The position numbers and the translations under genes are program-made. Positions 61,245 to 64,000 of a stretch of DNA of 64,000 bases are shown piece after piece. The stretch spans positions 32,001 to 96,000 of the IMG/VR virus record IMGVR_UViG_3300021256_000006; one strand, given 5' to 3'. Numbering within the stretch: position 1 is the stretch's first letter; each line of letters begins with the position of its first letter. Source of the DNA: a virus. A model generated the notes under the pieces. It did no database searches. It saw only the letters and a program-made list of their open reading frames with translations, and had not been told where the DNA came from.

Positions 61245-61702
61245 AGTTCTTTATGCTTTTTAAGTTCGTCTAAAATTGCTTCAAGTACGGGTGCATTATC
61301 CTCATCCTCCCATTCCTTTGCCACGTTCCAACTTATAGACTTCTTTGGAGTCCAGTTGTCGAGCCGCATGGAGTGATGCGATAATCTTCCCTCTGTCGGT
61401 TTCAGTCCTTTGTCGTGAAGTTCGCAAAGTCCGTCATGGTAGAACGTACACCAATCACCCTCGGTTGTGGCTTGCACCATCCCGACAATGTGGTCAGTAC
61501 ATCCCATGATGATACCCGCCGCCCAATCAGTCCACGAAAGGCGGTCGGCATATCCCGCTTTTATCAGTTTCAAGATGTCTTGCGGAGTGCCCAAGCATGG
61601 CGTGTGGCACTGCTGTCGACATTGTTTGCACTTGCATTGTATCGGTTTGCGTCCTGTCTTTCGGATGATACGTTGCAACTGGCTTTCGCCCATTCTCTTC
61701 AT
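61241..61702 (-). CDS. Cys-rich hypothetical protein (153 aa)
   Basis: CKCKQCRQQCHTPC cluster; AAGGAACTATG start module. Confidence 0.5.
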   Translation of the reverse strand: MKRMGESQLQRIIRKTGRKPIQCKCKQCRQQCHTPCLGTPQDILKLIKAGYADRLSWTDWAAGIIMGCTDHIVGMVQATTEGDWCTFYHDGLCELHDKGLKPTEGRLSHHSMRLDNWTPKKSISWNVAKEWEDEDNAPVLEAILDELKKHKEL

Positions 61703-61710
61703 AGTTCCTT

Positions 61711-61944
61711 TTATTTTGTCAAATTCTTAAATAACATTTTGATTACTGTATAAATCATCGCGACACACATGATAACAAACCATATCGGCCACACTGACAA
61801 TATGGATATGCGAATCAATGTCCGCCAAATGCGTGAAAGATTGTTCCACCATTCTTCTGTCTCTAAAACTTCGCTCTGAAAGTCGACATATGCCGTGCAA
61901 AAGAATAGTATAGCAATCAGAACGTAAATGAAAACGATAATCAT
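61711..61944 (-). CDS. Small two-pass membrane protein (77 aa)
   Basis: Hydrophobic segments IIVFIYVLIAILFFCTAYV and ISILSVWPIWFVIMCVAMIY. Confidence 0.45.
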   Translation of the reverse strand: MIIVFIYVLIAILFFCTAYVDFQSEVLETEEWWNNLSRIWRTLIRISILSVWPIWFVIMCVAMIYTVIKMLFKNLTK

Positions 61945-61985
61945 AGTTCCTTATAATTCGTTAAATTCGTGATAATCCGTGGTCG

Positions 61986-62708
61986 TTACTCTCTCCCAAA
62001 CTTCTCCTTGCGTATCTCGGTCAGCTTGTCGATGAGCTGCTGGCGCAGTTCGGGTGTGGCAAACTTAACGTAGCGGTCAACGATGTCCTCCACCTTCAGC
62101 GATGCGTCCTTCACGTCCTCCGCCATGCGAGCCATCAGTTCAGCCGCCTTGTCCTCTGCGGTGTACTCGAACACGTCCACCAGCTGTGTCTCGCCTACGT
62201 TGGCCTGCACATAGTCAATCATCGTACCCTTCATCACCGTGTCAATGTTGTCGAGCGCATTGTGCAGCGAGCAAGCCTGCACCAGATACGTCACGTTGGT
62301 ACGCTTCTCCTTCTCCGTCCGCTCGTCGATGGTGATAAACTGGAGCTTCGCCTTGTACCAGCGGGTGTCGGCATTGTTCGGGTTCCAGTCCATCGGCTTG
62401 TCGTACTGCTCCATAGCGGCCTCTCTGCCCTTGTTCATGGCACGGCTCAGCTTCTCCGTCTCGTGCGACAGGATCTTCTCGCCGTCCTGCATGAAGAACA
62501 CCTCCTTGTAGGCCGCCTTCTTCACGTCCACTACTTCAAATCCGCCGCTGATGTACTGCGACATCTCCTCAATGATGCGCTTCTCCGCCTCTGCAAACGA
62601 CAGGGCATCGACCACGTACTGCTCCACGACCTGCTTCTGCAGTCCGTCTTCCATCACCTTTTCGTACTTGATTTTGCACTCAAACCATTGTGCTGATATA
62701 CTTTTCAT
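61986..62708 (-). CDS. DUF4494-like protein
   Basis: N-terminal WFECKIKYEKVMEDGLQKQVVEQYVVDALSFAEAEKRIIEEM matches the Bacteroidales DUF4494 family as I recall it. Confidence 0.5.
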   Translation of the reverse strand: MKSISAQWFECKIKYEKVMEDGLQKQVVEQYVVDALSFAEAEKRIIEEMSQYISGGFEVVDVKKAAYKEVFFMQDGEKILSHETEKLSRAMNKGREAAMEQYDKPMDWNPNNADTRWYKAKLQFITIDERTEKEKRTNVTYLVQACSLHNALDNIDTVMKGTMIDYVQANVGETQLVDVFEYTAEDKAAELMARMAEDVKDASLKVEDIVDRYVKFATPELRQQLIDKLTEIRKEKFGRE

Positions 62709-62733
62709 AATCGCAAATGTTTTAATAGGGTTG

Positions 62734-63423
62734 TTATTTTATTAACTCAAACTCATAAGCAAATACCCAAGGATTGCTCTGCCATGTGCCCTTGCCACTG
62801 ATGCGGTCTATGAGTGCGGCGAAGGCTTCGCGGGGAGAGTTGAACTTAAAATCTCTGTATCTGTCGCTATAGTAATGTTTGCCGTCTGCGGTCTGAGCGA
62901 TTGGAGGCATCTTTCCCTTGGGGATAGTCATGCCAATGCCATGAACACACCATCCATCGAAATACTCTTGTATTCCCTCTTTCAGACAATCCTCTTCGCT
63001 TATATCTTGCAATCGCTCTACTTTGATGTTGGTGAAGAGAATGCGGTGCGGCATCCAGTTGGCTTTGACAAACATCTTATTGTGGCATCCCTTTTCGTCT
63101 TGGATACACTCCAATGGGAATGTAGGGTCAGCCTTTTCTAATGCCTCATAGAATGCGTCACAATTCCGCAAATCCCAATATTTTTGAGCAATGGCCACCT
63201 CTTCGCCTATCTGATATTGAGGAGAGATGTCGCGCTGCTCGCAGTTGATAAAATCAAAGGTAAAATACACCTTGCCTCGGTTGTCAATGTCCTTGACTGG
63301 GTTCCACATATCAGAGGGCGTGATACCGTCAGGCAGTTTTATCACTCTCCGTGTCATCGTCTTTTCCCCTTCCAATACGGCTTGCGTCAGCCCATATCGG
63401 TCATTAAACATTATTTTCTTCAT
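62734..63423 (-). CDS. ASCH/PUA-like domain protein candidate
   Basis: N-terminal FNDRYGLTQAVLEGEKTMTRR resembles ASCH-domain N-termini; weak. Confidence 0.4.
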   Translation of the reverse strand: MKKIMFNDRYGLTQAVLEGEKTMTRRVIKLPDGITPSDMWNPVKDIDNRGKVYFTFDFINCEQRDISPQYQIGEEVAIAQKYWDLRNCDAFYEALEKADPTFPLECIQDEKGCHNKMFVKANWMPHRILFTNIKVERLQDISEEDCLKEGIQEYFDGWCVHGIGMTIPKGKMPPIAQTADGKHYYSDRYRDFKFNSPREAFAALIDRISGKGTWQSNPWVFAYEFELIK

Positions 63424-63426
63424 ACG

Positions 63427-63903
63427 TCAGTCCTCCTCATCATCAATCCTCGTCACCTTCACCCAGACGGGGAACACCGAACCCTCTGCAATGTCGGGGA
63501 AGTGGTCGCAGTTGCACCACTGTTCGATGTACACCGAGCCGTTCTTGATCTCCGCAATCGTCGAGTCCTCGCCCCGCTCCACGCTGCGCGGCTTGTGCTC
63601 CGTAATGCAGCGCGAGCGACCCACGAATCCGAACACCCACATCTGGCGCCAGCCCTCACGCTCCACGCGGCTCACGTGCAGGTCCACCGCAATACCCTGA
63701 CGCGGCGACCGCTTGCCGTTGGGGTTCTCCATGTCAGCCTCACGCGGCTTCAAGTCCGGCAGCAGGTCAATCGCCCACAGGCCGTCAAAACTCATGAATG
63801 TCTTGCCACCCCGCGACCGGTTGGGGAATCCACTCGTCAAAAACTGGTAGCCATCCGCCGCCGTGCAGATGCGCTTCCGCACTGTAAATTCTTGGTCTTG
63901 CAT
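63427..63903 (-). CDS. Hypothetical protein (158 aa)
   Basis: ORF track; GGAGGAATAATTATG start; no family recognised. Confidence 0.45.
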   Translation of the reverse strand: MQDQEFTVRKRICTAADGYQFLTSGFPNRSRGGKTFMSFDGLWAIDLLPDLKPREADMENPNGKRSPRQGIAVDLHVSRVEREGWRQMWVFGFVGRSRCITEHKPRSVERGEDSTIAEIKNGSVYIEQWCNCDHFPDIAEGSVFPVWVKVTRIDDEED

Positions 63904-64000
63904 AATTATTCCTCCATTTTAATCGTCTATTGGTTTTGATATTACTTGCGGATTAGTGCAAACCGTAACCATGTTGTTACAATTCTCGCACCGCACCTTA

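Noticed and set aside
63184-63939. 251-aa + strand ORF
   Set aside because: It is antisense to two well-packed minus-strand genes, and its Arg/His/Leu-rich composition is typical of shadow frames.
1-64000. Stop-codon recoding, as in some gut Bacteroidota phages
   Set aside because: Very long ORFs (2246, 1673 and 1628 aa) are intact under the standard code, and genes tile the window without stop-interrupted frames.
1-64000. tRNA, tmRNA, rRNA, integrase, transposase and att sites
   Set aside because: I recognised none by eye. The -ALAA protein ends recall the ssrA tag, but no tmRNA-like gene is evident. A tRNAscan/ARAGORN run and an integrase HMM search would be needed to confirm absence.

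Overview
The window reads as one contiguous piece of a large tailed dsDNA phage, or phage-plasmid, of a Bacteroidota-type host. The host inference rests on TAnnTTTG -7 promoter boxes and on PcfJ/PcfK-like genes. Layout, left to right:
- 0-14.6 kb (+): early/anti-defence block with an ArdC-like protein, a PcfK/AcrIIA9-like protein, a PcfJ-like protein, an orphan MutS domain-I protein and a 1673-aa N6-methyltransferase/SNF2-helicase fusion.
- 14.6-20 kb: regulatory patch with a candidate sRNA, an XRE-type HTH gene and a divergent HTH gene.
- 20.3-33.1 kb (-): packaging and tail genes, including TerL followed directly by a 2246-aa tape measure protein.
- 33.3-47 kb (+): baseplate and fibre genes, ending in a complete diversity-generating retroelement (DGR). 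The VR lies in the last ~45 codons of a 629-aa fibre-like protein, the TR lies 372 nt downstream, and the RT is at 47613-48941. Every VR/TR mismatch is at a TR adenine. No Avd ORF is present.
- 49.3-51.2 kb: lysis cassette.
- 51.7-54.2 kb: small Cys-rich proteins.
- 55.6-56.7 kb: ParA plus a ribbon-helix-helix (RHH) partner.
- 57-64 kb (-): small-gene block including PAPS-reductase-like, GNAT and DUF4494-like genes.

The most unusual sequence-level feature is the intergenic architecture. Nearly every intergenic gap is built from strand-fixed modules. One module is a covarying GC hairpin (YTGCGYN-CAGCGG-TTTTC-CCGCTG) with 20 copies, all in one orientation. The others are 6-8 nt tandem repeats of several flavours.

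I recognised no rRNA, tRNA, CRISPR array, integrase or transposase. All family assignments come from motif recognition by eye and need HMM or BLAST confirmation.
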